This document shows, in pieces, positions 49,306 through 58,269 of a DNA stretch of 64,000 bases. Within the stretch, counting starts at the first letter, position 1, and each line of letters begins with the position of its first letter. The position numbers were made by a program, and so were the translations under genes. Source of the stretch: a virus (taxonomy: Duplodnaviria > Caudoviricetes); IMG/VR virus record IMGVR_UViG_3300028797_002495, positions 1-64,000 of that record. The stretch is one strand, 5' to 3'. The notes below the pieces were generated by a model, which saw nothing but the letters and a program-made list of their open reading frames with translations, ran no database searches and had not been told where the DNA came from.

Positions 49306-49394
49306 ATCATAGACAAGGACTCGAACCCTGCACACGATTTCCTACGTGACCACCGACTTGCATCGATGTACCTTGACCATTCAGTTACTATGAT
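49306..49394 (-). ncRNA. tRNA mimic C (type II-like, 6-nt anticodon-position loop)
   Basis: ATCATAG/CTATGAT acceptor stem, CATCGA-TGCAAG-TCGGTG arm, variable arm CACG/CGTG, T arm GCAGGG-TTCGAGT-CCTTGT. Confidence 0.65.
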
Positions 49395-49411
49395 TATTGG
49401 GGGATATATAA

Positions 49412-50323
49412 TCAATGATTTCTCATCATTTGATTTTTTACTTGTTCATTAATTAATTCTGCCATACTCGTATAAGCATTCATTCTAACATTTTGTTGAT
49501 GTTCTTCTTGAATCATATATCTTATCGCAGACTCAATAAATAACGGAGCTTTTTCCCTACCAGACAATTTGAAACGATTATAATTAATGTCAAGATAATC
49601 GTTTATTTCTTCTGGAAGAATCTCAATTTGTTTATATGAAGATTTATCTTTTGCCGTACACATCTTACAAAGATCATTCTTTATATATAATTGAGATTTA
49701 TTATAAGCTTCATAATGATCTCTTGCCCTTCTTGGACAATCTATTCCGCATTGTTCATCTACAAGAAGTTCAAATAAATTATGTGTTGTAAATGACGATA
49801 ACGCTTTTAAATACGGTATGTCTTTATTTTTATATTTAGATACTACTATAGTTGAATATTTATCTAAGTCTTCTGTAGTAATTGTTGCATCATTAATAAT
49901 TGATCTTGCAATTCTAATGTTCGGATATTTATCTCTGATATATTTTTCGAGAATATCAGAACATATTAATATTTCTATATCATATCTATTCGCAAGATCT
50001 AAAAGAGCGTTGCCATATCTATCGTATACATCATTTTCTTCAAGAAGAAAATTTGTGAAAGTAAACTGTATGTCTGACAAGAAACTTTTATAAAATGAAA
50101 TGATCATTTCAAGAGTTTCAATGTCGTATTGTTGCCCCATTATTAAGCGTCCACCATTCCAGATACAATTATTAGGACAGCCATATCCAACAAGTTTAAT
50201 ATCTCCTCTATTAATATTAGTATCAAGTAATGCATGATAAATATAATTTATTCTGTCAAAAATACCTATTTCAAAATATATTGGTACATGGAAATATACC
50301 GTGTTTTTATAATTAAATTCCAT
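49412..50323 (-). CDS. Peptidase U32-like, putative Fe-S protein
   Basis: AGGAG RBS before MEFNY. NNCIWNGGR, SDILEKYIRDKYP, LLVDEQCGIDCPRR..HY, C-terminal Cys and FKLSGR (compare the U32 KIEGR motif). The family assignment is by motif recall. Confidence 0.55.
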   Translation of the reverse strand: MEFNYKNTVYFHVPIYFEIGIFDRINYIYHALLDTNINRGDIKLVGYGCPNNCIWNGGRLIMGQQYDIETLEMIISFYKSFLSDIQFTFTNFLLEENDVYDRYGNALLDLANRYDIEILICSDILEKYIRDKYPNIRIARSIINDATITTEDLDKYSTIVVSKYKNKDIPYLKALSSFTTHNLFELLVDEQCGIDCPRRARDHYEAYNKSQLYIKNDLCKMCTAKDKSSYKQIEILPEEINDYLDINYNRFKLSGREKAPLFIESAIRYMIQEEHQQNVRMNAYTSMAELINEQVKNQMMRNH

Positions 50324-50347
50324 TACAACTCCTATATACGGAAAGGT

Positions 50348-50377
50348 GTGGGGACGAGTGCCTGTTCTCATCCCCAC
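50348..50377 (-). terminator. 11-bp GC-rich hairpin (terminator or attenuator)
   Basis: GTGGGGATGAG-N8-CTCGTCCCCAC. Confidence 0.55.
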
Positions 50378-50426
50378 TGTCAACAGAAAGGAGACGCATT
50401 AAGCATCTATATAAACCATGGAAGGT

Positions 50427-50783
50427 TTATTGCAAAGTTAATTGAATATCCTCCCAGAGTTTTTCGGGAGTGTCTATTCTTACAGTGTTGCCGTCGGGGT
50501 AAGTAACCTCATTATAGTTATCGTCCTTACCGTAAGACGTATCATAGATCCACCATTCAATATTATATTTAACATCTTTAATTTTGTCAGGTTTTTCACT
50601 AGCCACAGTCGCAGCTAATAATTCAGTGATCAAATTCTCAGCCGGAAGAACTATAGTGTCTTCCCCGATAAAATCGGTATTAACGCATTTTAATCCTTGA
50701 ATTAAACCAGATACTTTATTACGGAACTCTGTGAGTTCTTCAAGAGTATTAATTGTTTTAAGGAATAATTCTTTCTTGTCCAT
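50427..50783 (-). CDS. Hypothetical protein
   Basis: AAAGGA RBS before MDKKEL. NIEWWIYDTSYG...T.EKLWE motif is common in phage proteins. Confidence 0.65.
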   Translation of the reverse strand: MDKKELFLKTINTLEELTEFRNKVSGLIQGLKCVNTDFIGEDTIVLPAENLITELLAATVASEKPDKIKDVKYNIEWWIYDTSYGKDDNYNEVTYPDGNTVRIDTPEKLWEDIQLTLQ

Positions 50784-50806
50784 ATGTAACATCCTTTCTA
50801 TGTAAT

Positions 50807-50834
50807 AGTTTATCACTTTCTGTAATTTTGTCAA
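50807..50834 (-). promoter_or_regulatory. sigma-A-type promoter
   Basis: TTGACA-N16-TAAACT with TG at the extended -10. The -35 overlaps the dnaE stop codon. Confidence 0.65.
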
Positions 50835-53800
50835 CACTTAATCACTAAATATTTTTGTAAAATTTCTTCAAGATCATTTTCGTCTCTATACCATTGCTTT
50901 TTTCCATTCTTATCAAGGATCTCACGACCATTTTCATCCTTAACAAGTTTAAATTTTGGCTCAGGGCTAATCTTTTCTATCTTAATAATAGTTCCTTTAG
51001 TGATAGGATTCTGGGTTTGTGTTTTTTTACGACACTTAATCTTGATAGTTTCACCAGCTCTTAATTGATATAAAGTTAACATAGCTTCTTTAATATCAGT
51101 AATATAATAATACTTTTCGCCTATATCAATAGTGGTTTGTATATACCCAAGATGTTCCTGTTCGTAAGTTAGTTTATCAAGCAGCGTGGTCTTTGGATAA
51201 TCAACAACTTTAAGAACTTCTTTAAGTAACGTTACGCAATCAAGTATCTTATATTGTTTTTCAGTTTCTGTACAATATTGTGCCAATAAATACTTCGGAA
51301 TATAATCCGGTACCTTATTTTTGGTCAACTGTTTTGCTTCACCTTTTTTGAAAAAATTGTAGATTTCTACAATTTTAAGGATTTGATTAATGTCTCCGAA
51401 CTCTTCAAAAAATCCTAACTTAATAAGAATATCAAGTTGCCTACTATTACAGCTTGTCTGTTCTATATCATAAAGTAAATCAATAAAACTATCATATTTG
51501 TTGTCACGAAAATTGTATAATTCTTGAGACACAGATTCGTTCATGAATTTAATACTAGCTAATCCTTTATATATAATGCGTTCAGCAGGATCACACGAAT
51601 AATTAAATATTGAATGTCTAAATCTAATTGAAGATATTTTGATACCTTGTTTTCTAGCATAAGCAGTTAATGCAATAGTCTTATCTTCGTTATCTTTATT
51701 GATATTTAAAGCACAAGTTAAAAATTCTACGGGATAATGATATCTTAAATATCCACAAGCATATCCTTCATAACTATATGGCTGAGAATGATTTAACGAA
51801 AACAGATATGAACTAGCGTCTTCTATAACCTTAATAAATGCGACTATATCTTCTTCGGATTTAGATTCTTCTATGCCATACTTATCTTTCATCGTCTTAA
51901 TATATCCGTCTATATAATGCTGACTTTTATCTGTAAGATAACCGCCATTTTTAATAATCGGAATATATTGATCTGTACCAGTTTTCTTGGCAAATCCACG
52001 TCTTACAATGTCAGCTTCACCCATTGTAAATCCACAATATAAATGTAGAAAATCGATAATCTGACACTGGAACACCAAATAGCCAAATGTATTACTTAGG
52101 AAGTCATCTATTGGCTTAGATCCCGTACTACGAATTACTCCGTTGGCAAGGTCTTCTCTGTAAGAAGCACCAGCAGGACGAATAGCAGAATTTCCTATAC
52201 TCAACAAAGTCATTCTGTCTACGTTTTCATCTAATTCTTGAAACTTCTTAATGTTTTTATCAGAGAGTAGTTTCTTAATATAATCATCACCAGTCTTACC
52301 CTCCCATTGGAATATAGCCGTTGTATCATCACGCATCGAATTCCAAACATCTACATCATTGATATCTAAATCATCAGGCAACAACATTGGTATTCCTGCC
52401 ATATCACAAGTGTTAGATATTAATTCGATAGTGTCGAGCTTAAGTAAATCCAACTTAACATAGTTAAGACCATCAATCTCTTTCATATATATTTGCGAGA
52501 TTGGACAGTTATCAGTAGAAGTTGAACATAATCCCATGCTGTCTTCAAGAGGCTGAGGAGATACAACCATACCACACGGATGATTTCCTATACTAACTAT
52601 TACTCCTTTAACCAAATCAACATAATGAAATAGTTCAGGATATTTTTCTCTGCTCTTAATATATTCTTCTTCATTATCAACTGTATCACATATTTCAGCT
52701 ACTTCTGACAATGGCATATCTAATGCTCTACCTATATCACGGATTGCTCCTTTGTCAGCAATTGTATTAAATGTAATAATATCAGAGCAATATAATCCAT
52801 GATGATTAAATATATATTGCTTAACTTCTTCAATCCTTGACGGAGGGAAATCGGTATCTATATCCGAAAGACTAACTCTTTCAACATTCATAAACCTTTC
52901 AAAGTTCAGCTTGTGCTTAATAGAATCCATTTCTGTGATGCCTAAAACCCAAGCAATCACGCTACCATTTACTGAACCTCTTCCATACCCGATATGAATA
53001 TTCTGAGTTCTACACCACGAAACAATATCTTCCATAAGAAGCATGAAGTCAATAGCTCCATTATGTTTGTATGCTTGCATTTCGTATTTAATACGGTCGG
53101 CATATTCTTGTCTGTTAGGATATTTATCTACCCCACGATCCTTTAATCCTTGCTTAATCTTCTGCCATAATAATTTTTCAGAATCTTCCCATAGATGAGG
53201 ATATTTATAGCTTCTATCTAATTCAAATGCTTCTACAGAATCTGCAATAACATTTGTATTTTCTATGGCTTGTTTTACAATGTCCATGGGTAATGAATCT
53301 TGTAATTCATAAGCTGCAATTAATTCATCGTAAGACTTAAATGCCAAATCCCAACCTTCTTCATTATCAAAATATATTTTCTTTGATTTCTGAAGCATAT
53401 CTCTGCCGTCAAAATGATCCTGGTTTAAATAATGAGTATCGGTCATGGCAACTAAACTTAACCCATACTTTTGACTAAGTTTATAAAGATACTGGTTATA
53501 CTTTTTTTGTTGTTCGACATTATGATGTTGAATCTCAAGATAGCATCTGTGTTTATTGTTCTTTAAAAACTTAATAAATTTTTTTCGTATATCGTCAGTT
53601 CCACACACAAGAATTCCACCAAGACAAGCAGTAGAAATTATTATATTATCTGAAGTATTTATTAATTCATCATAAGTTATACGAGGAACATAATAAAAAT
53701 GTCCGTCTTCTCTGTTAAAAGATTTAGAAGATAGTGTATTAATCTCTTCTACTCCGGCATAATTTTTCGCAATTAATAAACAATGATAATTATCTCTAAT

Positions 53801-54043
53801 TATCTTATCAAGAGATTCTGTGACATAAAATTCTTCAGCATGAATATATTTCATCCCAGCCTTTTCTATTGTTTCTTTTTTCTTGACCCATTGAAACACA
53901 GATCCATGCTCAGAAAAAGCCATAGCGGTCATTTCTAACTCTTTGGCTTTATCTATATAATGATAATATTTAGTTATACTATCTATATTAGTAATACCAT
54001 TACTAAGATCGCTATGAAGATGTAATACGGTATAATTCTGCAT
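50831..54043 (-). CDS. dnaE: DNA polymerase III alpha subunit (family C)
   Basis: PHP domain LHLHSDLS...FSEHG, GRGSVNGS, RVSLSDIDTDF, KLDLL, FSLNHS..Y, YYPVEF-like motif. Confidence 0.95.
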   Translation of the reverse strand: MQNYTVLHLHSDLSNGITNIDSITKYYHYIDKAKELEMTAMAFSEHGSVFQWVKKKETIEKAGMKYIHAEEFYVTESLDKIIRDNYHCLLIAKNYAGVEEINTLSSKSFNREDGHFYYVPRITYDELINTSDNIIISTACLGGILVCGTDDIRKKFIKFLKNNKHRCYLEIQHHNVEQQKKYNQYLYKLSQKYGLSLVAMTDTHYLNQDHFDGRDMLQKSKKIYFDNEEGWDLAFKSYDELIAAYELQDSLPMDIVKQAIENTNVIADSVEAFELDRSYKYPHLWEDSEKLLWQKIKQGLKDRGVDKYPNRQEYADRIKYEMQAYKHNGAIDFMLLMEDIVSWCRTQNIHIGYGRGSVNGSVIAWVLGITEMDSIKHKLNFERFMNVERVSLSDIDTDFPPSRIEEVKQYIFNHHGLYCSDIITFNTIADKGAIRDIGRALDMPLSEVAEICDTVDNEEEYIKSREKYPELFHYVDLVKGVIVSIGNHPCGMVVSPQPLEDSMGLCSTSTDNCPISQIYMKEIDGLNYVKLDLLKLDTIELISNTCDMAGIPMLLPDDLDINDVDVWNSMRDDTTAIFQWEGKTGDDYIKKLLSDKNIKKFQELDENVDRMTLLSIGNSAIRPAGASYREDLANGVIRSTGSKPIDDFLSNTFGYLVFQCQIIDFLHLYCGFTMGEADIVRRGFAKKTGTDQYIPIIKNGGYLTDKSQHYIDGYIKTMKDKYGIEESKSEEDIVAFIKVIEDASSYLFSLNHSQPYSYEGYACGYLRYHYPVEFLTCALNINKDNEDKTIALTAYARKQGIKISSIRFRHSIFNYSCDPAERIIYKGLASIKFMNESVSQELYNFRDNKYDSFIDLLYDIEQTSCNSRQLDILIKLGFFEEFGDINQILKIVEIYNFFKKGEAKQLTKNKVPDYIPKYLLAQYCTETEKQYKILDCVTLLKEVLKVVDYPKTTLLDKLTYEQEHLGYIQTTIDIGEKYYYITDIKEAMLTLYQLRAGETIKIKCRKKTQTQNPITKGTIIKIEKISPEPKFKLVKDENGREILDKNGKKQWYRDENDLEEILQKYLVIKC

Positions 54044-54076
54044 TTAACTCTCCAATCGTATAATCATTATAATATA

Positions 54077-54104
54077 ATTATACTTACCGATATAATTTTG
54101 TCAA
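54077..54104 (-). promoter_or_regulatory. sigma-A-type promoter for dnaE
   Basis: Perfect TTGACA-N16-TATAAT upstream of the GGAG RBS. Confidence 0.8.
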
Positions 54105-54107
54105 CTG

Positions 54108-54824
54108 TTAGGCTAATAATTTATCAAGTGGGAATCTTAATTCAGTAGTTTTAAGCCAATCAATATATGAGGGATCATTATCCATAACTTCTTCAAGTGT
54201 TTCTCCATTATGCTTGCCAAATGTAAATCTGTATTCAGCAGGAGTAGGAACTGCTCTCTCAAATCTCATTTCAATATCTTTACGTGAAGCAAGATAATCT
54301 GCCCAGTGAATGATCTTCTGATATTTATTGCTAGGCTTAGGAAGAACTACCTTACTTCTATCTGAAGTATTCCACTGCCCCATATGTGATTCTATCGCAG
54401 TAGCGATAATTTCTATTTCAGTGTCTGGAATTATATTACTTCCTAAATAATCTCTAACAACTGATGCTGCGAGTAAAGGATGTTCAAATTTTGTATATTT
54501 ATTCTTTTCATAATCTTCTTGTGATCCACTCTTACGAGTATCGTGCATAAGTCCTGCAATACGCATTAAATCTTTCTCACGAGAAGTCCAGGAAGATCCC
54601 ATACAATCTATTTCGAAAGTATAATTAAGAATACGAACCAAAGCTATTGTATGACGAACTAATCCACCCTCGCCTAAAGCATATGCGGGATGGTATTTTC
54701 CCGTAGAGCTACTTGGAACATGATAAAAATATTCCGGAATCGTTGTAAGTAGCTCTTCTGCAAATTCTTTTATATCATCGTTTTCAATTTTTACAATAAT
54801 TTCATCCAACACATTTGTTTTCAT
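54108..54824 (-). CDS. HD-domain phosphohydrolase with C-terminal FGKH (DUF3820-like) module
   Basis: SSTGKYHP...GGLVRHT, LMHDTRK, ESHMGQW, IIHWADYLASR and FTFGKHNGETL...PSYIDWL. Confidence 0.85.
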   Translation of the reverse strand: MKTNVLDEIIVKIENDDIKEFAEELLTTIPEYFYHVPSSSTGKYHPAYALGEGGLVRHTIALVRILNYTFEIDCMGSSWTSREKDLMRIAGLMHDTRKSGSQEDYEKNKYTKFEHPLLAASVVRDYLGSNIIPDTEIEIIATAIESHMGQWNTSDRSKVVLPKPSNKYQKIIHWADYLASRKDIEMRFERAVPTPAEYRFTFGKHNGETLEEVMDNDPSYIDWLKTTELRFPLDKLLA

Positions 54825-55635
54825 CGTAACTCTCCTTCATACTCTGGTGATATCCATATTTGCCAAAATATTTTTCCTCTCCTTGAATACGAGCAGATAT
54901 AGCATTATTAATGTTTGAATAGTTTCCTAAATGAATAGTTTTACCATTATACCAAATATATGCTCGCCACTTACCTTTTTCAAAACTTACACCGGTTACA
55001 CCGCTAGTGTTATTAATCGCTAATTTTTCATTCATTGTATTTTGATGTGTCGTTACCAAACGTAATTTTTCTTTTCGATTATCCCAATTGTTATGTTCTT
55101 TATGATCAACGACAATTTTAGGATCATCAATTTCCATTACTAATCGATGCATCATAATTTCTTTAGCTCTTTTTGAAACTATATAACCATTAGGATTTTC
55201 TTTCCACGAGTGTAATTTAATTTTGTCAAAGTCTTCAAGGTCAAAATAAAATTCTCTATTAGTATTATATGTCCAACCTCTTCCATATTCTCCTGTTAAA
55301 TCATATTGATTTTCTTTTTTTCTTTGATGACAACATTCTAATTTATAGCAACCACAAGATTGAGCACTCCCACTAGTTAGACCGTCTTTTCTATGTATAG
55401 ATATATTTCCACAATCACATAAACATAGATATTTTCTATTGCCAATATAATACAACACTTTTAATCTGCCAAATTTTTGCCCAGCTATATCATAATATTG
55501 CTGATGCATTTTAACATAGGGATATTGTACTTGATAATCTCTAATGATTTCTAATTCTTTTAAAGAATATTGATTAATTAAACATAATTCTTTTAAGTCT
55601 ATATTTATTATCTCATCTAAAACATTTGATTTCAT
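54802..55635 (-). CDS. Free-standing HNH-AP2 homing endonuclease
   Basis: IAGQKFGRLKV..CLCDCG...QSCGC, MHRLVM..VVDHK..N.WDNRK..LR and AP2-like NNTSGVTGVS..GKWRAYI...LG.Y. Confidence 0.9.
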   Translation of the reverse strand: MKSNVLDEIINIDLKELCLINQYSLKELEIIRDYQVQYPYVKMHQQYYDIAGQKFGRLKVLYYIGNRKYLCLCDCGNISIHRKDGLTSGSAQSCGCYKLECCHQRKKENQYDLTGEYGRGWTYNTNREFYFDLEDFDKIKLHSWKENPNGYIVSKRAKEIMMHRLVMEIDDPKIVVDHKEHNNWDNRKEKLRLVTTHQNTMNEKLAINNTSGVTGVSFEKGKWRAYIWYNGKTIHLGNYSNINNAISARIQGEEKYFGKYGYHQSMKESYDENKCVG

Positions 55636-55674
55636 TCTTTCTCCTCTGGGATTTCTTCAAATCATGAGTGTTTA

Positions 55675-56289
55675 TTACTTGTGACTATTCCTATATTTAG
55701 CCCTTATTTTTTCAGCAGTATCACTAATATCCATACAATGTTCAGTTATTCCTTCTGTAGAATATCTTCTCCATCTCATTTCATCAGCCATATGATAATC
55801 TCCACAGACATAATCTGTATAATGTCCTTGCGGTGCCCATTTATTTATTTTTTGATTATGTTCGAAACACTCTTGACATTCCGGACTTATCCATCCAGTA
55901 TCCAACATCGGAACATCTGGCTTGCCGCATCTTATGCAAATATTCTCACTAAGAGTGCTATATTTTTCTACAATATTATGTATTTCGTCTGCCCCTGAAA
56001 AATAAAAACGAAGCTGTCCATACTTTTCTTTAATCTGTTCTATATAGATTGTCGTATTAGTTTGCTTGAGGACTTTATCTATTTCTTCAAACATCATGTC
56101 TCCAAAAGCTTTTCTCCAACCTCCAGGTAGATCATCTGCCCAGGTGGTTTCATATCTATAATCTTTCCATATTTTACCATTCCATACATTATAAGGTTTA
56201 AGCCAAGGATACTTCTTTATTAACTTTTTATTTTGTATTCTTCTACGTTTTATTTTTATGCGTTCTTTTTTATTATTTGCTATCCTCAT
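55675..56289 (-). CDS. Conserved phage hypothetical protein
   Basis: LPGGW...IEQIKEKYGQLRFY...CIRCG motif. Confidence 0.65.
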   Translation of the reverse strand: MRIANNKKERIKIKRRRIQNKKLIKKYPWLKPYNVWNGKIWKDYRYETTWADDLPGGWRKAFGDMMFEEIDKVLKQTNTTIYIEQIKEKYGQLRFYFSGADEIHNIVEKYSTLSENICIRCGKPDVPMLDTGWISPECQECFEHNQKINKWAPQGHYTDYVCGDYHMADEMRWRRYSTEGITEHCMDISDTAEKIRAKYRNSHK

Positions 56290-56292
56290 TTA

Positions 56293-56592
56293 TTACTCCT
56301 GTAATTTCAAAGTAAAATCACTTCTACTCCATCCACCATGCCCATTTACTTCTTTAATTTCCTTATCTAAATATTCAGCTGGTAGTGAAGATAATAATTT
56401 CCCACATCTATATTCGCATTTAGGATTTCCAAAAACTTCTCTTTGTTCATATATTCCTATATAACCCCATTCAAAAGGATAGTCTGTAAGTAACTCGTCA
56501 ACAAATTCCTTTACGGTCATAGGTTTACTAATAGCGACATCATATAATCCAGTACAATCTGATCCAAATGTTATCTGTTTAAAAGTTATCAT
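56293..56592 (-). CDS. Hypothetical protein
   Basis: GGAGG RBS, 99 aa. Confidence 0.65.
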   Translation of the reverse strand: MITFKQITFGSDCTGLYDVAISKPMTVKEFVDELLTDYPFEWGYIGIYEQREVFGNPKCEYRCGKLLSSLPAEYLDKEIKEVNGHGGWSRSDFTLKLQE

Positions 56593-56609
56593 ATTTCCTC
56601 CAAATTATT

Positions 56610-56813
56610 TTATTTGCAATCATCTTCAAAGGGAAATCTATAATCCTTTCCTAAATATTTATATTCTTGTTCTAACTCTCCGTCTTCATTTATCATTACA
56701 TCGTTGACAGCTTGAAGATAATGACCAAAGAAACAAATCACTTCTCCTTTTCGTGCTCTTGTAGTAAATGAAGCACATTTAGTTGGATCGATTCCAGTAA
56801 TTTTAATATTCAT
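56610..56813 (-). CDS. Hypothetical protein
   Basis: AAGGAG RBS, 67 aa. Confidence 0.6.
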   Translation of the reverse strand: MNIKITGIDPTKCASFTTRARKGEVICFFGHYLQAVNDVMINEDGELEQEYKYLGKDYRFPFEDDCK

Positions 56814-56880
56814 AATATACTCCTTACAAAGAAAGTCGCTTTAAATAAACTTAAAACGACTTTCAAATTATTTATAAAGA

Positions 56881-57153
56881 TTAAAATCCAAATATGTTTA
56901 ATAAAGAAGCAACATACGGATAGTCTTCAAGATCAACAAGTTTTGTCGAATAGCTTTCATAATCTTCAAGATACTTTTCTTGCAAAGTCTTATATTTCTT
57001 ATAAGCTTCTTTGACTTCCTGTAAACGAGCTTCTCTTTCTTTTTCCTTCTTAAGTTTTTCAGATGCTTCGGCTAACTTTTTTTCTTCATAAGCCTTGCAT
57101 TCTTTTTCTGTTTCAAACTGCTTGCCGTCCTCGGCTAAATACATTGTCTTCAT
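56881..57153 (-). CDS. Hypothetical coiled-coil protein
   Basis: YLAEDGKQFETEKECKAYE motif, AGGAG RBS. Confidence 0.65.
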   Translation of the reverse strand: MKTMYLAEDGKQFETEKECKAYEEKKLAEASEKLKKEKEREARLQEVKEAYKKYKTLQEKYLEDYESYSTKLVDLEDYPYVASLLNIFGF

Positions 57154-57165
57154 ATTCTTTCTCCT

Positions 57166-58269
57166 TTAAAATAAATCTTCATCTTCTGTACTGTTATCTA
57201 AAGTATCTATATAGTCTCTTAAATAAGGACATTCTTTACTATGAGAGCAAAGTTGTTGGCAAAAGAATGTGTCTCTTACTTCTTTACCGTTCTTTTGAAC
57301 TTTAGTGAAAGACCTTGGAGGATAATTCTTAACATCGTCACCAAGCGATTCCCACATTTCAATAGTTTGATTAATATAATCTTCACACTCTTGCTTAACT
57401 TCATCTGTTACCTCATATTTAAGAACACATGGTTTCATTTTATATTTGCTCTGAATCTCTTCAGGAAGACAATCAAACTTATTGGTGCTCTTAAATTCAT
57501 TTAAATATATCTCGGTGTCAACTTCATCATAACCTGCATCAAGTAAATCTCTTTCAACATATTTTTCAAGTTCTGTTCCAATCTTTTTACGTTCTATGGT
57601 TTTAGTGAGCAATGTCTTTTCTTTGCTCTTTGCTGTTTTATATCCCATAAATTCAACATCGACATATTTTAAGAAAATCCATGCAACCGATTCTACTTGT
57701 TTATCTTCCTGCTCTTTGCCCATTTGATACACAACGAGCTGACGACCATGAGATTTTAAATCTTCACCTTTATATAAGGTGCTAGTTTTATAATCGTAAA
57801 TGTCCAATCCGTTCTTTTTAAGATTTTGTAAATCTATATAGCCGATCAAGACATGTCCATGGCTAGTTGTATATATAAATAATTCCTCAGTAGATAAATT
57901 TTTATTTCTTGGAGCTTTGTATGTTGTACAAAAATGCTCCATATCTTTTATCCAACCTTCACGAATCGAATCACCGCCTTTAGAATCCTTCGGAAATGTT
58001 ATATCAAGAGTATCCATATCATCTAGTTCAGTTTGCATTGCAGGAAGTAAGTCCTCCTCAGTGTTTTCTCCATTGGTTATGCCTTCAAGAATATCATGAA
58101 TCTTCCCACCCATAATGGCATATACATTATTGCTGCCACGCTTATGTAATTTATAAGTAAGATAAGCACCATATAAACAATTATTGATACTATCTATGCG
58201 TGATATTGAATAAATCGGAACGCCCTTGTCATACAGTTCTTGAAGTCTAGGATCAACTTCTCGTGTCAT
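57166..58269 (-). CDS. PD-(D/E)XK exonuclease (RecB/Cas4-like)
   Basis: YSISRI, GGKIHDILE, GYIDL...DIYDYKTS, QLVVYQ and terminal C..LCSH..ECPY. Confidence 0.8.
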   Translation of the reverse strand: MTREVDPRLQELYDKGVPIYSISRIDSINNCLYGAYLTYKLHKRGSNNVYAIMGGKIHDILEGITNGENTEEDLLPAMQTELDDMDTLDITFPKDSKGGDSIREGWIKDMEHFCTTYKAPRNKNLSTEELFIYTTSHGHVLIGYIDLQNLKKNGLDIYDYKTSTLYKGEDLKSHGRQLVVYQMGKEQEDKQVESVAWIFLKYVDVEFMGYKTAKSKEKTLLTKTIERKKIGTELEKYVERDLLDAGYDEVDTEIYLNEFKSTNKFDCLPEEIQSKYKMKPCVLKYEVTDEVKQECEDYINQTIEMWESLGDDVKNYPPRSFTKVQKNGKEVRDTFFCQQLCSHSKECPYLRDYIDTLDNSTEDEDLF

